Positions 12,403 through 23,582 of a DNA stretch of 64,000 nucleotides are shown here, piece after piece. The notes under the pieces are model-generated. The model worked only from the letters and a program-made list of their open reading frames with translations. It did not search any database and had not been told where the DNA came from. Positions within the stretch are counted from its first letter, which is position 1; every line of letters begins with the position of its first letter. This DNA comes from Pavona decussata. Lineage: Eukaryota. Location: assembly GCA_977016875.1 (NCBI GenBank), contig CDRNST010000167.1:1-64000 (forward strand). Direction: 5' to 3'. The translations under genes and the position numbers were made by a program.

Positions 12403-13680
12403 CAGTTCACATGTAAACAATAGGTGTTACAGAGCAAATTCGTTAATCACATTGCCATGCCTGTTGCATCATAGTCCTCAGCCACTTGGCCAACATTTTT
12501 GCACACCTTGGAGGTCAATAAGCAATTATAACTCCCATGTTTCCATGTTTCTGGCAGTCATCAATCATACATGATCCATCTTGATTTGCAAGGAATAAGA
12601 AACTTCTACCTGTGGTCACAACAACATTACAACTGGATCTCACAGTACGGGATGTACTCAGCATTTCAAATACTGCAGCCAACTGATCCTCACAGTCTAT
12701 TCCAAACAAATCAAAACTTTGTCCAATTGGCTGCACAAAGCATTCATTCCCAGCCATGTCCACAGCATCTTCCACAGAGACATCAACTCCTTCTCCTTCA
12801 AACAATTCCTCATGTATTTTGTTGCCCCTTTCCATTGCTTCATACAAAGCAGACGTCCACTCAGATGAAAGGACGCTATGCACTGGTAATGCAAAATTGT
12901 TGCGTGAGTGAAGGTGTCCAAAGTACAAAGTTATGAACGTGCAGGCATTGCTTCCTCTCCTACCTCCTAGGGATGACTGACAGAAGTTAGCAGAGAATGG
13001 CCACTGCAACACATCTGAAACACCAGGGACAGAGTACCCTGTTAGAAAACTGGTGGGTTGAATACAAGCAGAGCCAGGGGCATGCCCAGAGGTTGGTTCC
13101 AATTCAGGATCAGTGGAGCCCTTTGAGACACAGATGTGGACTGCCGTACAGGAACAGAGGAGCTATTTGGCACAGAGGTGGACAGCCTTACAGGAACAGA
13201 GGAGCCATTTGGCACAGAGGTGGACTGCCGTACAGGAACAGAGGACCTATTTGGTACAGAGGTAGACTGCTGCATTGGAACAGAGGAGCCATTTGGCACA
13301 GGAGTGGACTGCCGTACAAGAAAAGAGGAGTTATTTGGCACAGAGGTGGACTGCCGTACAGGAACAAAGGAGCCATTTGGCACAGAGGTGGACTGCTGCA
13401 CTGGAACAGAGGAGCCATTTGGCACAGAGGTGGACTGCTACACTGGAACAGAGGAGCCATTTGGCACAGAGATGGACTGCCGTACAGGAACAAAGGAGGG
13501 TGTACTATAGGCTGGCTTACAGGAAGGGATTGATACAGCCCCCTTAAATAATCTGCGTTTCCTCTTTTGGTGGTAGGTGCTCCACCAGCTAGTAATTTGT
13601 GCCTCTTTTGGAACTTCCACACCTCGAGATTGCATGCACGCAATTACATCTTTCGGCTCTGCTCGTGCCGAACACCATTT
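12403..13680 (-). pseudogene. Decayed gene: homeodomain-like motif + 14-aa repeats + papain-fold/herpes tegument-like (VTD) deubiquitinase-like domain
   Basis: QITSWWSTYHQKRKR, then SVPNGSSVPVRQST repeats, then ANFCQSSLGGRRGSNACTFITL ... RSFLFLANQDGSCMIDDCQKHG. One stop at 13438, one frameshift near 13110, and stops near the C-terminus. Confidence 0.55.
13129..13498. repeat. 42-bp minisatellite, about 8.8 copies
   Basis: Unit cacagaggtggactgccgtacaggaacagaggagccatttgg starts at 13129, 13171, 13213 ... 13465. Confidence 0.97.
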
Positions 13681-14071
13681 GAAGAAAAAATGAAAGCGAA
13701 AAGAAGACAGCGAAAAAATATTTGAAACTATATACTCTATATACACGATTTGAAAGCACGATAACCAAGGAAAATCTCATGGAAAAAGCGAGAGGAAAAC
13801 TGAGCCAATATGGCCGGCATTCGCAGGTCAACTGGAAGTAACTTCTGAAACTGACCTCCGCACATACAAATGATCGGAAACTTCACCGAACTGTGGCCGA
13901 AACATAAAACAATAGGTTCTTTCCATAAAAGGTCCTTTTTCGGGTATTTTTCGTGTGAAATGGACTTTTGACCAATGAAACCCCTGGACATTAATTATTT
14001 AATCCAATTAAATACAAGCCGATTGCTCATGTGTTGCATTTCGCCCCTTTCCTTCCTGTGCGAATCATGAC

Positions 14072-14110
14072 TTAATAAACCTGACAGGCTGTCTGAAGTC
14101 ACGTGACGAA
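14072..14110 (-). repeat. 5' LTR of Gypsy A, distal part (outer end lost)
   Basis: ttaataaacctgacaggctgtctgaagtcacgtgacgaa matches 818-856. Confidence 0.85.
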
Positions 14111-15171
14111 AATCAAGTAAAAACTGTGCTGTTTTTACTACGATGAGCCACAAGTTTGGTTTAGCATGACCTCGGTGGTATTGAGGAACAAAGGACTGTA
14201 CAAAATCATTTATAAATCCTGACGATGCTATAGGTTTTGCTGTGTCTTCAATGCTCTTTGCATCATCAAACTTCTGAGTGTTTGTTCGCAGTACAGAGTG
14301 CCAAACTTAACTTTTTTCCTGCGATTAGTTTGAGAATGCTTACTTTCTTTGGGCAGTATTCGGGAAGATGTTTGCATTGGTATGCACAATCACTTAAAAA
14401 GGACAGGGTTGATTTATCGTAATGTTTCCTTCTCCAGCAAATGAAAATTATTGCTATTTATGCCATAACTTTGTCATACAACTTTAAGTCACCACTTCTG
14501 AAAATGTTATACTGGTAAACCACCAGCGGCAAAACCAAACTTTTCCAGTACTACTAAGGCAGCAGTCACACAAAGGGATGTCCGAAATGGTTTTGGTTTT
14601 GATGCCAAAGTACCTCCAAACACCCACGAAAACAATTTATCAAAAAAAAATTCAAATTCCAAAACAACATCTTCATAAGCATTAAGACAGACGTGTAATG
14701 GCCCTTCCTTTGGTATTATGCTAATGTTGGGATTCCATCCACCAGCTATCAGCTTTTTGGGATAATACCATCCTGACCAGTCGGCGGCCAGTGGTATAAA
14801 AAATATGTTGCCATGTAACTAAAGTTCAGGACATTTGTTCAGTACACGCTTTAGGGCCATTTTGTAATCTTTCATGCTCTTTAGATCTTGTTGGAACTCG
14901 TCAGTTAACATGCATGTCTCTGGTGTCTCAAGGTCTTGTCTTGCTGGGTCTGAGTACACTCTAAACAACAAAACAGTATTTCAGTAAATAATAATAATTA
15001 TCATTACACTAAATACAGGTCTTGTAGTCTGGGTACTGTACTTAGCAGCCCTGAGTGACATTAAAATTATTGTTGACTAACTTGTTTGAGAGGACTGAAC
15101 ATTTATTTTTTCGCTTGTTACAAAACTATTTTCTGTGAACATACATGACTATACATGTAACAAATTACACT

Positions 15172-15367
15172 TGGATCAATGCTTTGCATGTAAGCTGGTA
15201 GTTGGTCCCAAAACTGTTTCTTCATACCCGTACCCATACGTGACTGTACATGTAACAACTTACACTCGCACGTACCTTAGTTCGTGCAGTGCTGCCTGTA
15301 GTCTTCCTGGATCAATGCTTTGCATGTAAGCTGGTAGTTGGTTCCAAAACTGTTTATTCATACCCGT
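15172..15367. repeat. 60-bp direct repeat pair (15172-15231, 15308-15367)
   Basis: tggatcaatgctttgcatgtaagctggtagttgg...catacccgt occurs twice with 2 mismatches. Confidence 0.9.
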
Positions 15368-15575
15368 TAAGGAATTTGTCAATGTTTGAATGACGGATGT
15401 AACATTTATTCCTCCAACACAATGTCCTGAACAGAGTCCCACATGAAGAGCGCATTTCAAGCGTTCTAATTTTTAATTAAAAAAGGCGTGGCTTTTTTAA
15501 CATTTCGAACTAGTAAAACTCTTGCGTGTAAGTTCCACTTTTTCTGCTTATCTACGCTTGCTTTATACATTTAAT

Positions 15576-16250
15576 TCACTCTTCTGAATCTTCATTGTCG
15601 TAGTCAAGGGGGTTGGCAGAATTGGTGCAGGAAGACCCTTTGCACTGGCCACAGGCTGAGGAACACAGCATGTTGTTCTTGTGGCAGGTGCACCTTAAGG
15701 TGCTACAGTCCAAAGAAAAGTTACATCTGATTAACGGAAGAAGGGATTGTGGGGCAGGAGGCAAACCAGTTGTAATAGGGAGCACTTGATTGCCCGCTGA
15801 CTTTCCAACCCAGTCCTCTAATGACGTCTCTGCGCCCTCTCCTTGCCATTACTTTACCTACAGATACATGCGCAGGCTGTGATATCGGGCCGCTGCTGAA
15901 GTTGGGAGTAGATTGTTTGGCTGTATATGGAATGACTTTATTGCAAGTTTCTCAAAGTATCTCTTATACTTCAGAGCCTCAAGTCCATCTGAAGGCTAAC
16001 CACGGAACAGTGAAACCAGTGCGTTTTCACTTGCAGTAACGATGTCGGACACAGCAGAGTGAGAACTGAATACGTTGGCTTGCTCTTTAAAGTACGGTAC
16101 ATCAAGGAACTTCTTTAATGCTGTTGCCTTTCCAGCGCCATACAGGCGTGAAGTAGTGTCGCAGCCAGTAACGCCGTAAAGAAAAAGCAGACTCCTGCAA
16201 ACCTCCTTACCAAGCTGTTCTTGAACTTTTTTCATAAGCCAGACTCGCGC
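15576..16250 (-). pseudogene. AcademX-type transposon protein C-terminus (XPG-like nuclease + Cys-rich CXC tail)
   Basis: LFLYGVTGCDTTSRLYGAGK (XPG H3TH-like) followed by PPAPQSLLPLIRC...CSTLRCTC..NNMLCSSACGQC..SSCTN. Confidence 0.75.
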
Positions 16251-16469
16251 CGTTTATTCCTGAAAATGTTTGCAATCTGCCTTTTTGGTTTTTCTTAACC
16301 TGATGCAATAATGATGGAGATGTTTCAGGATAGTTCTAAACGGAAACTGAGTTCCTGTTAAATTTATGTCTTTGATTCGAAAACAAAATCGTGTTGTTTC
16401 TGTATATTTCAAGTTACATTCCATGCCAAATACTGCCAAGGACGTGACGCTGAGTGGAGTGCAATTTGT

Positions 16470-17978
16470 ATAGGTGATCACATGACTTTGAAAGTAATTT
16501 GGGATAAATCAGCACAAGTAAATTTTTCAAAGGCTAACCAAATAGGACGAGCCCGTAGGGCGAGTGCAATTTGTAGTCTTTGAAGAATTTACGAGTGCTG
16601 ATTTATCCCAAATTGTACGAGACAAATCATGTGATTACTTGTTAATAATATACATGCAAAAATTAGACTCTGTTTTCCTCTTATCGTGTTTATTTCGTGT
16701 TGCGGCTCACTAATCCTGCCTACATTAAGGTTATTGGTTGACAACCTTGATTGACATGCTAGCACTTGTGGAAACTTACAGACCAAAAATATCCTCTCAA
16801 TCGACAAAGATCAAGTTCTTATAGCATTTATCATTCTAAAGCGTTTACATTTTATGGACCTCAAGGAGAAAAGAGGTGTGAAGGGACGTCAAAACTTGTT
16901 TCTTTAAAGAAATCATCTTGTTATTCAGTTTGTTGTGGAATCTAGTCAAGGCGAAATAGATCAACATTTTCAAAACTTGAAGCCTTTTGAACTTATGAAT
17001 CAGTGAGAAATCCTGTCCTCGCCAGGCGGTGTGGCTGACTGTGGCTTTTCGGGAGCTGCTGTGTTTCCCATGTTGAAAGTGACTTGACATTGGTGGAAAT
17101 GGTTTATGTTCATGAAACACTGACGCTTATCATTCTGGCCAGTGGCCTGTTGCTGCAGTAGGCGGGCTTTTCCCTCCAGAACTTGCTTCGAGCTTTTAAA
17201 CTCTCTGTCGTGAATAATTGAGTGTTTGTTCTCTTTCTTTGTTAGGTATCTGTCAATAGCAGTCACCATCACATGAAGGCTATCAGATTCGTAATCTTCC
17301 CCGTTTTTCTTAGAAACTGTTGCATGAAACTACTCCAGAATTTTGTTCAGGGCCCCCAGTTCATACTTTTCAATAGTTTCTTCATAGCCCTTTTGAGAAG
17401 CCCAAGACTTCAAGACTTTCAGCCAATTATTTGTGCTTTGTTGGGTGTTTTTGTTCTTAGCATTCTCCTTCAAACTCTGAATTTAAACGTTGTTACTTTC
17501 TCGTAACCTGTCCGCCATTTTGTGTTATTGCGCTTTCTCGACTTTCCTGTCAATCAATTTAATTTCACGTTTCTGCACTCAACTTCAACTTTCTGCACGT
17601 TTGGGATTAATTGACGCGCTCTCAGCCAATGAGCATGCTGAAATTTTTGCATGTATATCATTAGATCTGAAATCATGCGCGTGATTTCAAAATCGAATGA
17701 GCTCACAGCACGAGTTGGATTTGAAATCACAGGTATAATTTCAGACTAAAATTGCACAACACGAAGTTCAATTACCACTTCATTACACCTTTTTTGAAAT
17801 CACACAGTTTTATTGTCAGTATTAATCTTTTATTTTTGTGGTATTACATTTCCATTTTGATGGGCTAAAAAAAGGTTGCAATTTAGAGAAAAAATAGTGC
17901 AATTTTGGAATAAATCGCACTGTTGAGAGCCAATCAGATTGCAAGGATCACCAATGATTTCTAAACGGGTGTAATAAA
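16470..17978 (-). mobile_element. Internally deleted Crypton-like element (tyrosine recombinase/DUF3504-family N-terminal fragment) with hairpin-rich ends
   Basis: Minus strand about 17350-17150 reads LNKILE*FHATVSKKNGEDYESDSL..AIDRYL..SIIHDREFKSSKQVLEGKARLL. Hairpins at 16496-16614 and about 17665-17746. Inverted repeats 16643-16664/17642-17663 and 17779-17802/17955-17978. Boundaries approximate. Confidence 0.7.
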
Positions 17979-18499
17979 TCTTGGAATTTACGGGTCGAGT
18001 AAGAATTTTCTTGAATCGCAAAGTATTCATACCATTTCATTTTTTCTGACTCAAAAGTCTCTATTCGGTTCAACTTCGCACCTTGCTTGTAAGACGTAAT
18101 TCAATGCTAAATACTTCACCCAGGTAGCTGACCAGTGTGCCTGTTGTTTTTTTTTAACTCCGCGATTCTCTACTGATAAATCTAATTTAAACTACATATA
18201 TATTATAATTACATGTAATTTGACTTACCTAAATATAATCTCACCAAAATCATTCTTTTAAAGCCTGATCTTGCAGCATGCGTTGAACAACACATGCAAA
18301 ACGACGAGGACTGCGTCTATCCTCGTTTTTATGATGCACTTTAAAGGCTCATGATTAAACCTGTTTTTAGGCGACTTCACCTACTCAGATTTTCTGAGAC
18401 TTTTCATATGTTATAAAGGACATGTGCCTGAGAAAGAAACCGTTTAAAAACCTTCTTTTGCAATTAGTTTGAGGTTTGGCTATTTTTTTTTTTTCGTAA

Positions 18500-18952
18500 A
18501 ATGCCTGGACTATATGCAAAGATGTGAAGTAGAGCCACCACTCTCTGCTCTTGCAGCTGTTTCCTCTTCTCAGTCAGGCTCTTACCTCCTGTAATACAGG
18601 TAAGAGGGTCCTGGAAGAGTCCAGGGCTGTTTTTATCGGTGAATTGTTGCATGGCATCTGGATCATAGATCTTGGTATCAGAGGTGGTGATTTGGTGCCT
18701 GTACAGAGCCTTTTGAAATTCCTCCAACTTCTTGTCAATTGTTGATTCTGAAATGCTATAGGTGCAATGTAAAATAAAGGTTAAAATGTTAAATTTAATA
18801 GCAGCTAGGCCTGGTAAAATAATTAAACCTTTCATTTCTGTGAGCTGTTGTTTCATCATATTCAGTTGTGTTTCCAGCATGTGACATTGTTCGGCCTCCT
18901 GTTTGTAAAGTTGGTAAAACTCTGTCTCCTTTTCTGTTTAACTGGTCGTTGT
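18500..18952 (-). pseudogene. Decayed, probably transposon-derived coding fragments; target of Gypsy C
   Basis: ORF segment ESTIDKKLEEF...QEQRVVALLHIFAY. The frame appears to continue from 36462-36532 across the Gypsy C site. Family not recognised. Confidence 0.35.
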
Positions 18953-19096
18953 TGTCAAAGAATGGAGTACAGAAACAAGTATGACTTTCCTCGAAAATCT
19001 TCTCTGATCGCCATGTGTTCAAGCCAGCGAATGAATACAAAATGTGAAGGGCGTGCATGCCCATATATGGCCTGTCACTATAGACATACTGTGACA
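18953..19096 (-). repeat. 3' LTR of Gypsy C
   Basis: Direct repeat of 36318-36461 and 54578-54721; adjacent PPT tcctcctcttttt. Confidence 0.93.
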
Positions 19097-19286
19097 TCCT
19101 CCTCTTTTTGTTGATAAAAGAGGCCTGATTGCATGCAAATAAATTGGTTGGGAGAACATTTAATCACTCCTAATTAAATCAAACAAATGTCTATCAAACG
19201 ACAACAGAAACCAAGAACAGTTTCATGGGTGTAAGTATGAACCCAATGTCAAGACGTTTCATTTGCAAGTCTATGTTTGTCTCTAT

Positions 19287-21310
19287 TCAGTCTTTGAACC
19301 TGGCTGCAACCTGGGTGACATGCCCTGTGCTGGTAACCTGTCTCTTTGGTTGGTAGCAGGTCCTATCACCGGCTGCAAACGTACTTGCTGGTTCAATATC
19401 AACTCGCTTCTCACTGCAAGGTAGCTTTGAAGAAGGTGACTGTTCAGGTGTTGGTATGATTTTCATAAGGCGATCTTCTGCCAACAGGGGAAGTCTGGTT
19501 ACCCTGTCGTTGGTTGTGTATGCATCTTTGGGGTTGTGCACTGAAGCCACTGCACCCGTGGGTGGAGAGTTATTGCCGGCTGGGGGAGTGGTTTCAGTCT
19601 GGCTTCTTGGTCTCAGGTGTTCCCTAGTTCTCTGGTAGATATTCCATTGAATGTCCATTATTGTTGGACACTCTGTTGGCATGTGGGCTGTACAGCACAA
19701 CTGCTGGCTGCCAGGTTCAAGAGGCCTCTTGTCACTACCAGCCTTTCTGTCATAAAATACTGCCTGCTTCTCTTGTTGTCTCTGGTTAGTTGTTGCCTCT
19801 TGGTGAAGGTCATCATCCGGGTGTTCGGACTTCAGTGTGCTTCTTCTGCTTGGGAGTGTTGTTTGGGATTTCATCCAAATAGCAACTCCTGGGGTGATGG
19901 GGTCTAGTCACCAAGTGGAGTCATGCAATATATCCATAAGGCTGTGTAAGGGCATTCATTGTCCTCTAGTGCCTTCCTCAAGAGTGATTTGCAGGTTCCA
20001 ACTGCTCTTTCTGTTAGGCTGTTTGCTTGATGGTGGTATAGAGAACTGCATTGCAGTGTGATGCTGCTTTGTTTACATTTTGTTTTGAACCTCTCGCTGA
20101 TGTACTGGGATCCGAAGTCAGCGATTATAGTGGCTGGTAGGCGGCACTCTGCCAGGATGCTTGTGACACACGGTGTGACTGGTCATGTCGTAAAGGAGTC
20201 TTATCACAGGGAATCGTGAGTAGTAGTTGACGACCGTCAGATACTTCCTTCCATTGAATTCAAAGATGTCGGTGCCAAGCTTCTCCCGCGGCTGGGTTGG
20301 GAGATCTGGCTGCATGATGGATAGTTTTGGTCTAGCTGGCTGATGCTTGTTACACAAGTTGCAGTTCTACACCATCTGCCTAATATCAGTGGAGATACCG
20401 GGCCAAAACACTGATTCTCTAGCTCGGAGGATACATTTGTTCTCTCCCTGATGTCCCGTGTGGATTGCTTGGAGAACTTGGTTTCTCATGGAAGCTGGTA
20501 TGACAATTCTGCTGTCTTTTCGTACTACGCCATCCTCCAATGTAAGGTCACATCGAAAGTTCCAAAACTCCAATAGTCTTTGTGGGCATTGCTTTCTCTA
20601 GGGAGGCCAGCTGTTGAAGATGGTATTCTTCAGTAAACTCATGGTATGGTCCTGTACTGTGGAGGACTTCACTGCTGTTAGCTCAATGGGGGTGGATATG
20701 AAATGGATGTTACATTGTGATGCCGAGTCTTCTGTAACCTGCTCGGGGTTTTGTCCTGCTTTCCTGTGACACACTCCTAACAGGGCATCAGTAACTGGAA
20801 TGGCTCTCCCTTGCTTGTACTGGACATGGACATCAAATCGCAGGCTTCTTAGGACTAGCTTCTGCAACCGGCTTGGAGCCTCATTGATGTTTTTCTTGAA
20901 CATTTGCTCCAAGGGGTAGTGCTCGGTTTCGACTGTCATGTTCTGACCAAGCAGGTAGTACTCGAACTTTTCCAAGCCATATGTGGCAGCCAATCACTCA
21001 AGCTCAATATTTGAATATCTGGATTTGGCATTGGTGAGTGACCGACATGCCATGGCGACAATGTGTTCATTTCCTTGGGAGTCTGTCTCAGCTAGGCTCC
21101 AATCCCTGTTTGGCTTGTGTCACACTGAAGAATCGTGGGCATAGTTGGATCTGGGTCATAATAGGAGGTGAGCTTGGACGAGCACAGTTCTTGTTTAATC
21201 CCATCAAGTGCCTGTTGATGGTAGGGCTCCCAGCTACAGTGGACATGCTTCTTGGTCAGGTCAGCTAGCCTTGTCGAAAAGTGGTTGAGGTGGGTCATCA
21301 TGCCTAGGGT
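19287..21310 (-). pseudogene. pol: Gypsy C pol 3' half (RNase H, integrase)
   Basis: LQCDTSQTGIGA, GLEKFEYYLLG, IHTGHQGENKC, LGTDIFEFNG, YYSRFP fragments. Confidence 0.88.
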
Positions 21311-21590
21311 GGTCTGGAGTAGCCTGCATAGCTAGCGGTTTTTGTTGGTGGGCTTGCTGGAAAGCGGGGCCAAGCCAGGCCAAAACAAGTGGCAAAGCTG
21401 TGGGGAAATGTAGCAATAGCAATGAGAAACCGCCTGCCGGATTCGGGGCATTTTTGAGTAGTCTTTACGCTGGCGTACGGACCATTTTCATTGTATGATA
21501 TTCTACACATATCAATCCAATGTCTTATTAATCTGCCATGGGATAGTTCTGTTTATAGTTCTGAAGATTTTATCGCGAAAAGCAAGCAAA

Positions 21591-21815
21591 ATGGCAGAAG
21601 AAGCATTATTAAAAGCCTTATCGAACCTTAATATTCAACAACAAAACCGAGAAATTTTCCTGAGACAACAAGAAACAGCCATAAATAATTTGCTTGATGG
21701 GAGAGACATGATGGCCATTTTGCCCACGGGCTATGAAAAGAGTATGATCTTCACAGTGTATGTGCTTGCCAAACAAGAATTGTCCTCAATGAGAATGTGT
21801 GTGTTTGTATTTCAG
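21591..21815 (+). pseudogene. RecQ-like SF2 helicase N-terminal fragment of AcademH
   Basis: QETAINNLLDGRDMMAILPTGYEKSMIF: Q motif plus Walker A (LPTGxGKS with G>E). Truncated near motif Ia. Confidence 0.85.
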
Positions 21816-22566
21816 CACACTGTCAATTTAAGGTGGCTCCCTGGAGTATTTACAAATGACCATGCCTAAATAGGATGAATTACAAAAGAAAATCTAGTTA
21901 TTTTGTCTTTGAACTTTTGTTCCAGAGATTTACCAGTACAAATACCAATATAATAAGGCTTATTTATCCAGTGTCATTTTTTTATTAAGGCCGTTACCAT
22001 GGCAACATGGCATGTAATGACAGGCAGTTATTCTCTTAGTTGTAGCCTTTATTCTGAAACATTTTTATTTTCCTTCGGTGAACTGTCTTTAATTTTTGTC
22101 ACAGTATGGAAATGATATTGCCTGAGATATTTAAGTGGAAAAAACGTGCGGTCGTTCAGATGGTTTTGCCAATATTCCGTAATTTGTTTTTTGTTTTTTT
22201 TTGCAATGGAGCCGATTAGCTCTGACAAATTTTAACAAAAAGGAGATATTTTATGGGTACTGTATCTGTTTACCACTTGGCTGATTTAAAAAAAAATTCA
22301 ACGAAGAGAACGCGAAAAAATTCGCAATTAATTTTTTCCAAGTTTGCTGTCTGACGTCACAAAAATCAGAAAAACATGCGCGGTTCGATGTCCATGTGAG
22401 CGTTCTCTGCGCAAATCATCACGCCCGCCCGCATGCGTACTCAAACAGAAAACATGTGATGATTTCTGCGGAAAGCACGTAAGCGACTTTGACTGAGTCA
22501 TCGATGGTGTTTATGAGTATTAATACCGTAATATCTGGCCAGTTACGAAAGGAGAGAATGAAAGAT

Positions 22567-23520
22567 TCAGTTTTGTACCAAATGCTGGATGTTTTCTTCG
22601 AAGTACTTGACTATTGTAGCTAAAATTCGTGTTGTGGTTGTGATTTGTGGCAATGACAATGGAGATGAAGTGGGAGGTTTTGAGCGGATGGCAATAAGTC
22701 CTTCTTTTCCAAACTTGTTGTACACTGTTTTCAGATTTTTGAATGCCAGCTCACTTCCGGATATTTTTTCAACTATGTTTTTCTTTAGGTATTGCTGATG
22801 GTGGAGATTATCTTTGAACTGCTGCATTAAAATATGACGGCGATCTAGATACATCACGTCCTCAGCTGCATGGCTTGCATTTACAAGGCAGGAGTTCTCT
22901 ATTATTATTTTCGTGGAAAGTTCCAGCCGTGACTCAAAAATTATTTTTCGTAGTGCAAGAACATCTTCTAACGCATTGTGTGCTTCAAAGGGTTTTTTAA
23001 ACAAGAAATTGTACAAGGAAGATTGATTGGTTTTTGGAAAGGTACCATCGGGATTTTGCAAACATGGAACTTTTTTTTCTGATAAGTTCTTTAAGCAATG
23101 TGAGGGAGTCAGCAAACCAAACGTTCATGGCCTCTAATTTTTCTTCGAAGTCACTTCCAGAATTTCTTAACAGGACAGGAGTGTCAAATGTTGAAGCATT
23201 GTGACCAAGAAGTATTGTTGAGACATTTAGTTTATAGTTTGGGACTTGCCCCTGTCCACAGACTGTGAAACAATGGTTAGAAACTTTGACTGCTTCCTTG
23301 AGAGGTAGTGTACTTAGTTCTTTGTTCTTTTTCTGAAGTTTCCTTTCACCATTTATTTTGAGTATTTTAAGTTTGTTCACTTTTGAAGCGAAATAATCAA
23401 TGTCTTGCACAGGTGAAATATACGTTGAAAATTGATGAAGGCCAGATTTGTCGCTAACTGATAATTGACAGAGCTCAGCAGATTTTCCAGTAGTATTTGT
23501 CTAGGTGTCAAAATTAATGT
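22567..23520 (-). pseudogene. DEDDh 3'-5' exonuclease-like domain at the C-terminus of the Kolobok-type protein
   Basis: ExoI-like ..TTGKSAELCQLS (about 23500), ExoII LLGHNASTFDTPVL, ExoIII FEAHNALEDVLAL. Frameshifted. Confidence 0.8.
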
Positions 23521-23582
23521 TACAACTTCTTACTTTTTGACACAAATTTTGTTTTCATTGTATTTGACTTTTTTGCCAGTGG

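Larger units (their letters stand above)
10067..14071. mobile_element. Unclassified 4.0-kb DNA-transposon-like insertion, TTAA-flanked, short imperfect TIRs
   Basis: TTAA at 10063-10066 and 14072-14075. Excision restores the LTR sequence (ggagtttaataaacctga, versus ggagtttactaaacctga in the 3' LTR). Ends GTAATGCTTCGCGTAAGAA / rc GTCATGATTCGCACAGGAA match at 14/19. Confidence 0.8.
702..14110 (-). mobile_element. Ty3/Gypsy LTR retrotransposon A (Mag-like), decayed, interrupted by two insertions
   Basis: 3' LTR at 702-878 with adjacent PPT. The 5' LTR is split into 9947-10066 and 14072-14110, next to a PBS. Minus-strand fragments run gag (9863), PR (IDTGA), RT (CIDPINLNQAL, IFDDLL), RNase H, IN (PWEKIGCD, RRKHRQ), which is Gypsy domain order. 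Many stops and frameshifts. Confidence 0.92.

Noticed and set aside
13129-13498. Possible CRISPR array
   Set aside because: Units are contiguous with no unique spacers, there are no cas genes, and the context is eukaryotic.
14555-14600. Possible AcademX terminal repeat (TAAGGCAGCAGTCAC...)
   Set aside because: No partner TIR or TSD was found in the window.
21495-21869. Host RecQ helicase gene
   Set aside because: It lies just inside an Academ TIR, the Walker A is mutated, and it is truncated after motif I.
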